The translations under genes and the position numbers were made by a program. Below are positions 20,646 to 30,081 of a DNA stretch of 64,000 bases, piece after piece. This DNA is from Candidatus Uhrbacteria bacterium RIFCSPHIGHO2_02_FULL_46_47 (lineage in GTDB: Bacteria; Patescibacteriota; Patescibacteriia; GWA2-47-26): the NCBI GenBank assembly GCA_001790815.1, contig MGDU01000010.1, positions 2,621 to 66,620 on the forward strand, written 5' to 3'. The first letter of the stretch is position 1. Every line of letters starts with the position of its first letter. Under the pieces are notes generated by a model. The model had not been told where the DNA came from. It did no database searches and worked only from the letters and a program-made list of their open reading frames with translations.

Positions 20646-22268
20646 ATGACAAATGTAAAATTCAAAATGCAAAATGTAAAATTATTGTTACTGTTTGGAG
20701 CATTTTTAATTTCAGCGTCTTCAGCGCAGGCTCAAGTCAGTTATTGCGCGCCGGGAACAACTGCCTGCTCGCAAGGATGTACACTTGGCGTTAATTGTAC
20801 CAGTTGCTGGAGCGCGCCGACATGTACGATTACTGGGCAAACCGCGCCCACTTGTGGATCATGTCAGTGTCCATCTGGCCAGATTGTTTGTGGAAGCGCG
20901 TGTCAGCTTCCGGCCGCAACTTCTGGCCAACCGTGCGATGCTGGGCAGGGGGCTGGATCAGGAACGTTTGATAGTTGTGGAGTATGTCAGGCAAATGCGC
21001 CGCGCTATGCTACCCGGCAATACTCATTTCCGGGCACTGCGGAAGACGGATATATTAATATCAAAGGAAATCTTCGCACTTCTTCTGATATGTATCTTAC
21101 TTCTGGCAAAGCAATTCGGGTTGACGGAAGCGGTGCAACACCTACTATATTGAATATCGGAAATTTTACCGGCACAGGCGGGGTAAATGTGACTATCCTT
21201 GGCACACTTGCCCTTGATGCGCTTACCGCTGATCGCGTAACTGGAGATGAGCTTTGCATTGGCGTGGATTGCCGCACCAGTTGGCCTGTGGCAGAGGGAG
21301 GGGGACTAACTGGAAGCGGCACTGCCAACCAAGTGGCATTTTTCACCAGCGCATCAAACCTTGATTCTGATGCTAATCTTTTTTGGGATAACATAAATAA
21401 GCGGCTTGGCATTGGCACTGCCACTACCCCAGGCAGTACGCTTACGGTTCGACGCTCTGCCGCCGGAGTCGCGTTTGCGGTGCGCAATACCGGTGATAAC
21501 GCTAACACATTCGCGATTACTGACACCGGATTACTTACTGTGGGCGTTGTGCCGTGGGCGCAGTTACGCGACATTCCTTCCGCATGCGCATCTGGCAAGT
21601 TTGTTATAGATATTGAAAGCGGTACTTGCGCTTTGCCAAGCTCCGCGGCTGAATCCGACCCAGTTTACCTGGCATGGTATAATAGCGCTAACCCCGGTAT
21701 CTCCAATTTAAAAGTTGTCGGTGGCGGAGCTTTTGGCGGGTATACGCCGGATGCAACATGGAAGATAACCACGCCAAACATTTACATTGGTGATCCGGCA
21801 GTAGGTGGTACAATCATCGGCGCAGGTTCTGGCCAAAGCGCCGGAGATATTACCACGGATGGAAATCTTGTAGTAAAAGGTTGTTTTGGGGCAATTTATC
21901 GCGGGGGAACATTGAGTACATATCAAGGAAATGTAAGTTATACAGATCCGGTATTGGGAACTTTGAACGGCTATAAAGCCGTGAATGAAATTTGCAAAGA
22001 TTCTGCGGGTATATTAAGTGGAAGCCATGTCTGCAGTGTGCAAGAAATTTTGGAAAGCATCAAATGCGGCGCAGCACTTCCGGGAACTGGCATTGTATGG
22101 GTGCAAGATGGCCCTCCTGGATTTACGGCGAACGTAAACGATTGTATTGGATGGACTTCCGCGGCTGGCGACTCTTATGGACGATACTGGGCGTTTGACG
22201 CAAATGGCGGCCAAGCATGGGTGCAACCTTGCAATGGTTTAGCCCGCGCGTTTGCTTGTTGCAAATAA
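20646..22268 (+). CDS. Secreted Cys-rich protein (paralog 2)
   Basis: Signal peptide, Cys-rich N-terminus, fibre-like RLGIGT middle, same ...ACC C-terminal domain. Confidence 0.75.
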   Translation: MTNVKFKMQNVKLLLLFGAFLISASSAQAQVSYCAPGTTACSQGCTLGVNCTSCWSAPTCTITGQTAPTCGSCQCPSGQIVCGSACQLPAATSGQPCDAGQGAGSGTFDSCGVCQANAPRYATRQYSFPGTAEDGYINIKGNLRTSSDMYLTSGKAIRVDGSGATPTILNIGNFTGTGGVNVTILGTLALDALTADRVTGDELCIGVDCRTSWPVAEGGGLTGSGTANQVAFFTSASNLDSDANLFWDNINKRLGIGTATTPGSTLTVRRSAAGVAFAVRNTGDNANTFAITDTGLLTVGVVPWAQLRDIPSACASGKFVIDIESGTCALPSSAAESDPVYLAWYNSANPGISNLKVVGGGAFGGYTPDATWKITTPNIYIGDPAVGGTIIGAGSGQSAGDITTDGNLVVKGCFGAIYRGGTLSTYQGNVSYTDPVLGTLNGYKAVNEICKDSAGILSGSHVCSVQEILESIKCGAALPGTGIVWVQDGPPGFTANVNDCIGWTSAAGDSYGRYWAFDANGGQAWVQPCNGLARAFACCK

Positions 22269-22270
22269 AT

Positions 22271-23950
22271 ATGCGCAAAATTTCCATTTTTGTTATTTTA
22301 TTAAGCGGGTCAGCTATTTTTGCGCTTGCAAACCCGGCCAATGCTCAGCGCAATACCACTTGCGCAACAAGTGGAGGTGGCCGTAATTGCACAAATGAGC
22401 AACCCGCCGGCCAGACTTGGTATTATTGCGGAGGCACATGCCGTTTGCTTCCTGCTGATCCCGGAGCGCCATTTTCTCTGAATTGCGCCTCCTGCGTTTG
22501 GCAATGCCCGTCTGGAACTACGCTTTGCGGTTCTACAAATACCTGCGTAACCAATCTTGCGTGTCCATCGGGCACTACATTTGATGCGTGTTCTAATAGC
22601 TGCTCAACCCCCTACATTCTTAGAAATCAATTAACGCCGCAGGCAGATACTTATCTCAAAATTACCGGCAACTTGGAAAGCACAAGCGGGGATTTATATT
22701 TGGCAAACACAAAAGCCATACGGATTGACGCAACCGGCGCAAGTGTTTTGAATTTGGGGAATTATACCGCGGCAGGAACGGATTTTAATTTAACACTTCA
22801 CGGAAAACTGGAGACATCATTGACTTTACAAAATGTTGATCCAGTTTATGGCACAGATAAAGACCGCTGGCGACTGCGTTTGGATAATGCCGCGAATGAT
22901 TTTCAGATTATGCGCGTACGTTGGCCTAGTGAAGTTACGAGAATGGAAGATATGGTAGCGTGGTTTGATTACACAACCGGCGGTTTAGGATCCTCATACA
23001 GTATTACTACCAAATCCATTTTGCCACAAGGAGGTGGTGCCCAAATACTTTTGTTAGGCGACATTGATGATACAATACGCGTATCGAACAATTTGCGCGT
23101 GGATGGAAGCGCGGTACTTGGAGCTGCAACTCCAGCCGCTACTGCGCTATTGGACCTCACTTCTACGACAAAAGGTTTATTGCCGCCACGCATGACTACT
23201 GCGCAAAGAAACGGCGTAGTTTCGCCAGCCGCTGGCCTGACCATTTATAATACTAGTACCAATGAACTCAATGTGTACAAAGGTGCGTCCGGGTGGCAGG
23301 CCGTTGGTGCTGCCGCAGCGGAAACTGACCCGATTTATACAGCATGGTATACTGGAGGCAATCCGACTTTACAGAGTTTATCTATAAGTAATCTTACTGT
23401 CACAGGCACTACCACAACTCCAACACTTTGTTTAGGAGTAAACTGCCGTGGTAGCTGGCTTTCCGCAGGCAAATACTTGACAATTAATGCGGGAACAAAC
23501 ACGATTTCCGCAGTTGATTCAGCCGGTTGTTTTGGTCCAAAATTTACCGGACTTACCACAAGTGCGGGTGTAGGTGGAGTAGTACCAAGTACAGGAAGTT
23601 TTGCCAGTGGACGAACTAACGGAGATATTGCCTTTAATAGCGTTCAACAATACCGTGCCGCAAATTCAGCGTGCGCTGCCGCGCATCCGGGCAGTCATCT
23701 TTGCACAACTGCGGAAATTTTAAATTCTATCAACTGTGAAAGTTCAACAGTACTAAATAGCGCGCTTGAGGAATCCTGGATTTCCAATGGCGCACCCGCT
23801 CTTCCAGCGCAAACCAACGATTGTCAGGGTTGGAATTACGGCGTGTTATCCGCATCATTTAATGGCGTTGCATGGGCATTTGGAACTGATGGCGGAGCCG
23901 GGTGGGCAAGAGCTTGTTCAGAGATAAAACCATTAGCATGTTGTCAATAA
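22271..23950 (+). CDS. Secreted Cys-rich protein (paralog 3)
   Basis: Cys-rich N-terminus; ALLDL.STTKGLLPPRMT..QR...PA.GL.IYNT motif; ...ACC C-terminal domain. Confidence 0.75.
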   Translation: MRKISIFVILLSGSAIFALANPANAQRNTTCATSGGGRNCTNEQPAGQTWYYCGGTCRLLPADPGAPFSLNCASCVWQCPSGTTLCGSTNTCVTNLACPSGTTFDACSNSCSTPYILRNQLTPQADTYLKITGNLESTSGDLYLANTKAIRIDATGASVLNLGNYTAAGTDFNLTLHGKLETSLTLQNVDPVYGTDKDRWRLRLDNAANDFQIMRVRWPSEVTRMEDMVAWFDYTTGGLGSSYSITTKSILPQGGGAQILLLGDIDDTIRVSNNLRVDGSAVLGAATPAATALLDLTSTTKGLLPPRMTTAQRNGVVSPAAGLTIYNTSTNELNVYKGASGWQAVGAAAAETDPIYTAWYTGGNPTLQSLSISNLTVTGTTTTPTLCLGVNCRGSWLSAGKYLTINAGTNTISAVDSAGCFGPKFTGLTTSAGVGGVVPSTGSFASGRTNGDIAFNSVQQYRAANSACAAAHPGSHLCTTAEILNSINCESSTVLNSALEESWISNGAPALPAQTNDCQGWNYGVLSASFNGVAWAFGTDGGAGWARACSEIKPLACCQ

Positions 23951-23953
23951 TTT

Positions 23954-26182
23954 ATGCCAATACCAACATTGAAATATAGGTTTATTTTCACAGTGATTGC
24001 GCTTGCGTTTGGAATTTTTGTTTTACCATCCGCAGGGTTTGCTTATGGTGTTTGCGGTGCGAATACGCTTCTGTATTGTACTGGGCCATGTCAGTCTGTC
24101 TCTACATGGACTTCATCATATAATTGCGCTTCTGGCGCAACGAGCGTGTGCGGAACAGCAACTGATTGGCGGTCAAACTCAAATTGTGTTGCCAAAGAAT
24201 TTTCTTATAGCACAAGCAGTGGCGATGGTTCTTGCGCCTGTACTTGTCCAGCCGGATTTTCCACTAATTGCGGAACATATTGTTTAAATACTCCTGCCAC
24301 ATCATGTTACGGTTCAAATTGCACGGGTGGAATATGCAATTCCGGATACACCCGTAACTCGTGCGGACAATGCGTTCCCGCAACATACACTCCCACCTAT
24401 CTTGATTACTATCAAACCCCGCAATCTGGCAGTATAAACATCGGTGGAAGTGCAACGGTTGGCGGAAATATTTATACTAACGCGATCTACTCCGGCGCCG
24501 GCGGCGCAGCAAATATTTGGATGGGGGATAGTGATGATACTTTGCAAGTGAATGGAAATATCACTATTGGCAGTAGCAAAAGTCTTACTCTTGGAAGTGT
24601 GGCAAGAACATCTTGGCCAATCGGACTTCCAGCAGGTACTTCCGGTCAAACGCTTCGGCACGACGGCACAAACTGGGTTGCCAATAGCATACTGTATAAC
24701 AATGGAACTAATGTTGGCATTGGCACAACTACTCCCGGAACAAAATTGGATGTGGTAGGAACACTGAAAACGACCGGATTTCAATTGGGATCTTCCGCAT
24801 CCGTCGGACAAGTTCTCACAACCGATGCCTCTGGAGTCGGCACTTGGCAAACGTCGCCAGCCACGATAGGCGGAAGCGGAACTGTAAATACGCTTGCAAA
24901 ATTTACCGGAGGAACAGTGCTTGGTAATTCACAAATCGTTGATGATGGCGTAAATACTGGAATTGGCACCATGGCACCAGATACAAAATTACACATAACA
25001 GGTGGTAATAATGCGACATTAGCAAATGGATCAGGGTATGTAGTCATAGGAAATACTGCGGGAGGCAATGTTGTATTGGATAGTTGGGGAATGATGACGC
25101 GCAGTAATGGTGGAAAAGGGTTAATGTTTTTGCAAAATAATGGCGGTGATATTCTAGTTCACAATGCCCAAGGGGGAAGTTCAGTTTTTTCTATCAAGGA
25201 TTCCGGTAGGGTAGGAGTTGGAACAAGTTCTCCAGAAGAGAAACTTGAGGTATGGGAGGGCAGTGCCGGCCCTACTCGTCTGCGTATCAGGGATATGGAT
25301 GCAGGACAGAACCCAGAATTACAATTGTATTATGGGGGAACTAGTGGCAGTGATCATTGGGCGTTTTTCGTCGATAAAGCAAATAACAATTCATTGACAG
25401 TGTGGCAAGGGTCAGACATTTCTGGCACATCAATTATGGAACTTGATTCTTTGGGAAATTTAACAGTTATGGGAAATACTACAACAAACAATATCACTGC
25501 TGATAATCTTATAATAAATGCGGGTGGTGAAGTAATAGTGCCAGGTGGAATCCAAACATTGCCATCTTATACATTCACTGGCGATACCAACACCGGTATC
25601 TACAGCGGCAATGCGGATACTCTACGCTTTTCAACTGCCGGTGCGTCAAGATTAGAAATTAATTCAAGCGGTGATGTCACGATTAATAGCGGCAATGCAC
25701 TAAAATTTACCACTAACAACGTTGCTGCGCCTTCCGCAACAGATAGTTTAGTTGGAACAAGACTACTTCTTTATCCCAATGCTGCGCCTTCGCATTATGC
25801 AATCGGCGTTCAATCTAGTAATATGTGGTTTAATTCGTATAGTGGTTATAAATTTTATAGTAATGTTCAGCAAAAAGCTGAATTAACTAATGAGGGGACG
25901 CTTGATTTGGAGGGTGGTTTGATCGCCGGGACAGGAAATAAAATCATTGTCAATACCGCTGGCGGACTTAAAATGGAAGAACTTGCAAACGAAGATTGGG
26001 ATCAGAATGGTGATGGGAAGTTAATTATTGGGGTATTGGGTGGAGTTAGCTGTGCAAATGTCTGTGCTAGTCATGGCTTACCTTGTTGGGCCGCGTACAC
26101 CTTAGCAGGTGCTGTGAGAGGATTATCAGGAGATGGTTGTTCCTCAACGAGTGGCTATGCATATTGTTGGTGTGGGTCATAG
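23954..26182 (+). CDS. Secreted Cys-rich, tail-fibre-like repeat protein
   Basis: Cys-rich N-terminus; repeated NVGIGTTTP..KL.V modules; SC..VC...GL.C C-terminus. Confidence 0.75.
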   Translation: MPIPTLKYRFIFTVIALAFGIFVLPSAGFAYGVCGANTLLYCTGPCQSVSTWTSSYNCASGATSVCGTATDWRSNSNCVAKEFSYSTSSGDGSCACTCPAGFSTNCGTYCLNTPATSCYGSNCTGGICNSGYTRNSCGQCVPATYTPTYLDYYQTPQSGSINIGGSATVGGNIYTNAIYSGAGGAANIWMGDSDDTLQVNGNITIGSSKSLTLGSVARTSWPIGLPAGTSGQTLRHDGTNWVANSILYNNGTNVGIGTTTPGTKLDVVGTLKTTGFQLGSSASVGQVLTTDASGVGTWQTSPATIGGSGTVNTLAKFTGGTVLGNSQIVDDGVNTGIGTMAPDTKLHITGGNNATLANGSGYVVIGNTAGGNVVLDSWGMMTRSNGGKGLMFLQNNGGDILVHNAQGGSSVFSIKDSGRVGVGTSSPEEKLEVWEGSAGPTRLRIRDMDAGQNPELQLYYGGTSGSDHWAFFVDKANNNSLTVWQGSDISGTSIMELDSLGNLTVMGNTTTNNITADNLIINAGGEVIVPGGIQTLPSYTFTGDTNTGIYSGNADTLRFSTAGASRLEINSSGDVTINSGNALKFTTNNVAAPSATDSLVGTRLLLYPNAAPSHYAIGVQSSNMWFNSYSGYKFYSNVQQKAELTNEGTLDLEGGLIAGTGNKIIVNTAGGLKMEELANEDWDQNGDGKLIIGVLGGVSCANVCASHGLPCWAAYTLAGAVRGLSGDGCSSTSGYAYCWCGS

Positions 26183-26204
26183 TAGTGTTTGAAGGAATTC
26201 TAGG

Positions 26205-26235
26205 ACAGCGCGAAGTCAAGCTTTGCGCTGTTTTT
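26205..26235 (+). terminator. Rho-independent terminator
   Basis: acagcgcgaag-tcaag-ctttgcgctgt followed by T-run. Confidence 0.7.
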
Positions 26236-26341
26236 GTGATACCGTCAAATTAGGAGGTTCTTAATGAAAAGAGCATTGACAATTTTGCTCGTGCTGGGCT
26301 GTGCGGACACCCGCTATCAGCCGAGCACCTCCCCAAACCCC

Positions 26342-26594
26342 TGCGGACGATTTGCGACGGCCGCACACAATCGTCCGCAACCGTCAACGCTCCTTCCGCT
26401 AATTTACCTTAGCCCGACTGAAATTCGCCCACGGCGAATTTGGGCGGGTCCGCCCTTTTTCCCAACCACTGCTCGTCTCCTCCCCGGAGCTCCGAGCAGC
26501 TTTCATTTTTTTCATCATACTATTGTGCCACCCACCTCGCGACCACCAATTTGCTATGCGGACAAAACGCGACGGTCGTCGCAAATCGTCCGCA
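26342..26594. repeat. ~250-bp segment bounded by 38-bp imperfect inverted repeats (MITE-like)
   Basis: tgcggacgatttgcgacg...gtccgca at 26342-26379 vs inverted copy 26557-26594; internal cccg..aaatt..aatttgggcggg hairpin at 26413-26448. Confidence 0.55.
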
Positions 26595-26764
26595 CCAGCC
26601 AACGCCCATTGCGCATTTTGCACATTTTTTCATTGCTTTTTTGTTTTTGTGAATGTGCTATACTGATTTACTATGGTATCTCATCTCTATAACTCATATA
26701 TTAAGCGCAAGGAGAGATTTTCGGCTGGTTATCATAATTTGTACAATTCTCTTCCATTCAACAC

Positions 26765-26800
26765 ATAACAAAAATCTCACGATCGTGAGATTTTTGTTAT
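26765..26800. repeat. Perfect 36-bp palindrome with TCACGATCGTGA core (family G)
   Basis: ataacaaaaatctcacga|tcgtgagatttttgttat. Confidence 0.9.
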
Positions 26801-26939
26801 AAACTGCCGCGAAGTCATTAGCGCACGCCAGCTGACTTTCGCAAATTATTCACTCCATAATATCATGCGCGAAAAGGAGGTTGTGGATAAGTCTATTTCA
26901 ATATGCATATCAAATGTGATACGATGGCCACACTTATCA

Positions 26940-26975
26940 ATAACAAAAAAGTCACGATCGTGAACTTTTTGCGAT
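26940..26975. repeat. Family G palindrome immediately upstream of PaaX/Cas2-like gene 1
   Basis: ataacaaaaaagtcacgatcgtgaactttttgcgat. Confidence 0.9.
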
Positions 26976-26980
26976 AGATT

Positions 26981-27628
26981 ATGGCGCAGCGTTTAAAGAA
27001 TTCAAAGCAAAAGTCCGCGAAATCGCAATCCAATGCCAGCCGCGCATCTAGGAGTCGTATGCTATCATCTGCCCGTGTGTATCTTCAGGATTTTGCGCAC
27101 GAGTTCTCGGTTTTTACCGGTGCGATATCAGGACGGCATCCTATGGGTTTTGCTGAGTACGAAGATAAGTTGGTCGCGCAAGAGGCGCGTGAGCGCAAAG
27201 CGCGACTTTACGAATTAAGGCGGCGCAAATGGATTGAAACAAAAAAGATAGGGGAGCGCTTGCTTGTGCGGCTTACAAAACAGGGCTGGCAACGCGCCCT
27301 TCGCGACCAAATTCGCTGTACTTCCGTAAAATGTAAAGACGGAATTTGCATTGTGGTTTTTGATGTGCCGGAATCCGAGCGACATGTTCGCGATGCCCTG
27401 CGCGAGATTTTGCAAAGTTGTAATTTTACAATGCTGCAAAAAAGCGTGTGGGTGAGCCGCAAAGATATTATCAAGCCGCTTTGCGCGCTTTTGCAGGGCG
27501 CGAAGCTTGAGCGCTGGGTTCGCATATTGGTTGGCAAAGAGCTTACAAGTTCATTTCTTAGGCGCACTATTACGCGCGCTCAAGCATCCACCGCATCCGC
27601 GATTGCAACAAAAAAGTCACGATCGTGA
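26981..27628 (+). CDS. PaaX-like protein (wHTH remnant + Cas2-like ferredoxin-fold domain)
   Basis: L.RRKWIE...RLTKQG; IVVFDVPE.ER..RD.LR..L....F.MLQKSVW. Confidence 0.8.
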   Translation: MAQRLKNSKQKSAKSQSNASRASRSRMLSSARVYLQDFAHEFSVFTGAISGRHPMGFAEYEDKLVAQEARERKARLYELRRRKWIETKKIGERLLVRLTKQGWQRALRDQIRCTSVKCKDGICIVVFDVPESERHVRDALREILQSCNFTMLQKSVWVSRKDIIKPLCALLQGAKLERWVRILVGKELTSSFLRRTITRAQASTASAIATKKSRS

Positions 27629-27640
27629 ACTTTTTGTTAT
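27607..27640. repeat. Family G palindrome overlapping stop of PaaX/Cas2-like gene 1
   Basis: aacaaaaaagtcacgatcgtgaactttttgttat; supplies the TGA stop. Confidence 0.9.
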
Positions 27641-27725
27641 GCATTAAATTGCACGATAATTTCCATCTACGGGTTTTGTGATAGGTTTTATGAAATTTAT
27701 GAGTGTGATATACTGCGAATGATCT

Positions 27726-29381
27726 ATGTTCAAGCTTTATAATTCCTATACCAAGCGCAAGGAGGGGTTTCGGCCCGCCCATCAAGTGGGCGAGGCTCGC
27801 CTCCGGCGGCCGCTAAAGGATAAGCAGGTGGGGATGTATAATTGCGGGCCCACGGTCTATGACTATGTGCATATTGGAAATTTGCGCGCGTTTTTGTTTG
27901 CCGATATTTTGCGGCGGTATTTGGAATATCGTAGATACAAAGTGAAACAGGTGATGAATATTACTGATGTGGGGCATATGGTTGCCGATGGTGAAAATGG
28001 TGAGGATAAAATGTCCGTGGCAATGCGTCGAGAGGGTAAAGGGCCGGCGGAAGTCGCGCGTTTTTACGAAAAAGCATTTTTTCAAGACATCAATACGCTC
28101 GGTATCAAGCCAGCCTGGAAATATCCGCGTGCCACTGAGCATATTCCGGAGATGATCGCGCTAATTAAAAAATTACTCAAACGCGGGCATGCGTATTTGG
28201 TGGCGGAATCTGCACCACCCCTAACCCCTCCTCCACAAGGAGGGGAAACGAATCAATTTCCTCCCCTGCCCGAGGGGAGGTTAGGAGGGGTGGGAGCTTC
28301 TGTTTATTACGACTTATCTACTTTTCCAAACTACGGCAAACTTTCCGGAAACAAAGTAGATGATCTCATTCCCGGAGCACGAGTGGATGTTATTCATGAA
28401 AAACGCAATCCGTATGATTTCGCGCTGTGGATTTATAAACCGGAGCATGTTTTAAAATGGAGTGCGCCATGGGGCGCGGGATATCCGGGCTGGCATTTAG
28501 AGTGTTCTGCAATGTCCATGAAATATCTTGGGCAAACGCTTGATATCCACACAGGCGGCGAAGATAATAAGTTCCCGCATCATGAGTGCGAGATCGCGCA
28601 GTCAGAGGGCGCAACCGGCAAGCCATTTGCGCGCTATTGGTTGCATGTCAAACATTTACTGGTTGATGGCAAAAAAATGTCAAAATCGCTGGGAAATTTT
28701 TATACTCTGAAAGATTTACTGCAAAAAGGATATTCAGCGCGCGCGATTCGTTATGCGCTTATTTCAACGCACTATCGGGAAACTCTGAATTTTACTTTGG
28801 AAAGCGTGAAGGCGGCGGAGAATGCGTTGCAAAGGGTGGATGAGGTGGTGGATAGGTTGCATCCCCCCTCACCCCAACCCTCTCCCGCACGGGGAGAGGG
28901 AGTAAAGCGCATTCCCTCGCCCTTCATGGGAGAGGGGCAGGGTGAGGGTTTTGCGCGATTGGTCGCACGCACCCGCAAGGATTTTATTGCCGCCATGGAT
29001 GATGATTTAAATGTTTCAAAGGCGCTGGCAGTGATGTTTGAATTGGTGAAAAAAATCAATAAAGTAATGGATAGACCCTCACCGGTCCTTCGGACACCCT
29101 CTCCCGAAGGGGTCGAAGACGGGCCGAGCGAGCGCAGGCCCCGGGGAGGGGTGGGTGAGGGGTTGAAATTGCTGATGGAATTTGATGAGGTGCTGGGATT
29201 GGGGATTGGAAAAAGTGAAAAGCGCACTGTGCCAGAAGAAATTATGAAATTAGTGCAAGAGCGTGAAAAAGCGCGCAATAAAAAAGATTTTGGCCGTGCT
29301 GATGCGTTGCGTAAAGAAATTGCAGAACATGGCTATATTTTGGAAGACACAGCGCAAGGTCCGAGGGTGAAATTAAAATAG
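27726..29381 (+). CDS. cysS: Cysteinyl-tRNA synthetase with four in-frame palindrome-derived insertions
   Basis: [32 protein letters not shown]. Confidence 0.97.
   Translation: MFKLYNSYTKRKEGFRPAHQVGEARLRRPLKDKQVGMYNCGPTVYDYVHIGNLRAFLFADILRRYLEYRRYKVKQVMNITDVGHMVADGENGEDKMSVAMRREGKGPAEVARFYEKAFFQDINTLGIKPAWKYPRATEHIPEMIALIKKLLKRGHAYLVAESAPPLTPPPQGGETNQFPPLPEGRLGGVGASVYYDLSTFPNYGKLSGNKVDDLIPGARVDVIHEKRNPYDFALWIYKPEHVLKWSAPWGAGYPGWHLECSAMSMKYLGQTLDIHTGGEDNKFPHHECEIAQSEGATGKPFARYWLHVKHLLVDGKKMSKSLGNFYTLKDLLQKGYSARAIRYALISTHYRETLNFTLESVKAAENALQRVDEVVDRLHPPSPQPSPARGEGVKRIPSPFMGEGQGEGFARLVARTRKDFIAAMDDDLNVSKALAVMFELVKKINKVMDRPSPVLRTPSPEGVEDGPSERRPRGGVGEGLKLLMEFDEVLGLGIGKSEKRTVPEEIMKLVQEREKARNKKDFGRADALRKEIAEHGYILEDTAQGPRVKLK
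27771..27812. repeat. In-frame hairpin insertion 1 in cysS
   Basis: cggcccgcccatcaagtgggcgaggctcgcctccggcggccg; adds ~[12 protein letters not shown] between F.P and LKDK. Confidence 0.6.
28213..28293. repeat. Family A element in frame in cysS
   Basis: cacccctaacccctcctcc..ggagggg...cctcccct..aggggaggttaggaggggtg; [27 protein letters not shown]. Confidence 0.9.
28866..28948. repeat. Family A element in frame in cysS
   Basis: ccctcaccccaaccctctccc..gggagaggg...gggagaggggcagggtgaggg; [12 protein letters not shown]...GEGQGEG. Confidence 0.9.
29076..29162. repeat. Family A variant in frame in cysS
   Basis: ccctcaccggtccttcggacaccctctccc...gggaggggtgggtgagggg. Confidence 0.85.
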
Positions 29382-29579
29382 AAGAGCCGCCGCGAGGTTG
29401 AGCCAAGCGGCGGCGTGCTAAAGAACGGATCTCAGCGCAAGCGCTATAGGTGCTTGAGTTCTGCGCGGATTGCGATGAGCGGCTGTCCTGTTGGGAAGGG
29501 CTTTGGAACAAAGGTCGTGATGATTCCTTCATGAAGGAGATCACGCCCTCCTTCCTCATACCCACGATGGGTGTTGAAG

Positions 29580-29999
29580 CTACTGCGCCGCGGCGATTGA
29601 TGGCTTGAGCACGGCGCGGAAATCGCCAGTCGTAAATGGCTTGGGAATGAAGCCGGCGATGAGCGCCCTCAGCTCATCGGTTAGCAAGTGACTGTCAGCG
29701 CCCGACATCACGAACACTCGTAGATCTCTGTATTCCTTGAGTGCTTCAGCGACGATTGCACAGCCATTTTCACCATTGAGTCCGATGTCGCTTACCAGAA
29801 TATCAAATGGTTCGCCCTCTGCTTTGGCCTGCGCAAGTGCCGTACGGACTGCGCTTCCGAAGCCGTGCTCGCCCGCCTCAATGATGGTAACGACCGTGTA
29901 TCCGTCTGCCTCAAGGATACCCTCAAGGATGCGTAGGACTACTCTTGCCACCATCGGCTCATCATCTACAACGAGGATGTTTAGCAGTCTTTTTTCCAC
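29580..29999 (-). CDS. Single-domain response regulator receiver (CheY-like)
   Basis: ILVVDDE, D.LVSDI.L...NG, VMSG, KPF; SD ggagg before GTG. Confidence 0.85.
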   Translation of the reverse strand: MEKRLLNILVVDDEPMVARVVLRILEGILEADGYTVVTIIEAGEHGFGSAVRTALAQAKAEGEPFDILVSDIGLNGENGCAIVAEALKEYRDLRVFVMSGADSHLLTDELRALIAGFIPKPFTTGDFRAVLKPSIAAAQ

Positions 30000-30081
30000 G
30001 TTTCCTCCAATGTACAAGTCTGGCTCTATTTAAGCACACTAAGAAGAGTTTGTCAACTCTTCTTGTTTTGTTTTTGTATTA

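Noticed and set aside
19673-26182. Diversity-generating retroelement targeting lectin-like C-termini
   Set aside because: No reverse transcriptase and no TR/VR pair differing only at adenines seen in the window
26264-26692. 142-aa CDS
   Set aside because: Only the first ~25 codons look protein-like; the rest runs through inverted repeats, so it is likely a remnant
29242-29565. Minus-strand 107-aa ORF after the receiver gene
   Set aside because: Overlaps the cysS 3' end and is low-complexity Ser-rich with no motifs; cannot be supported
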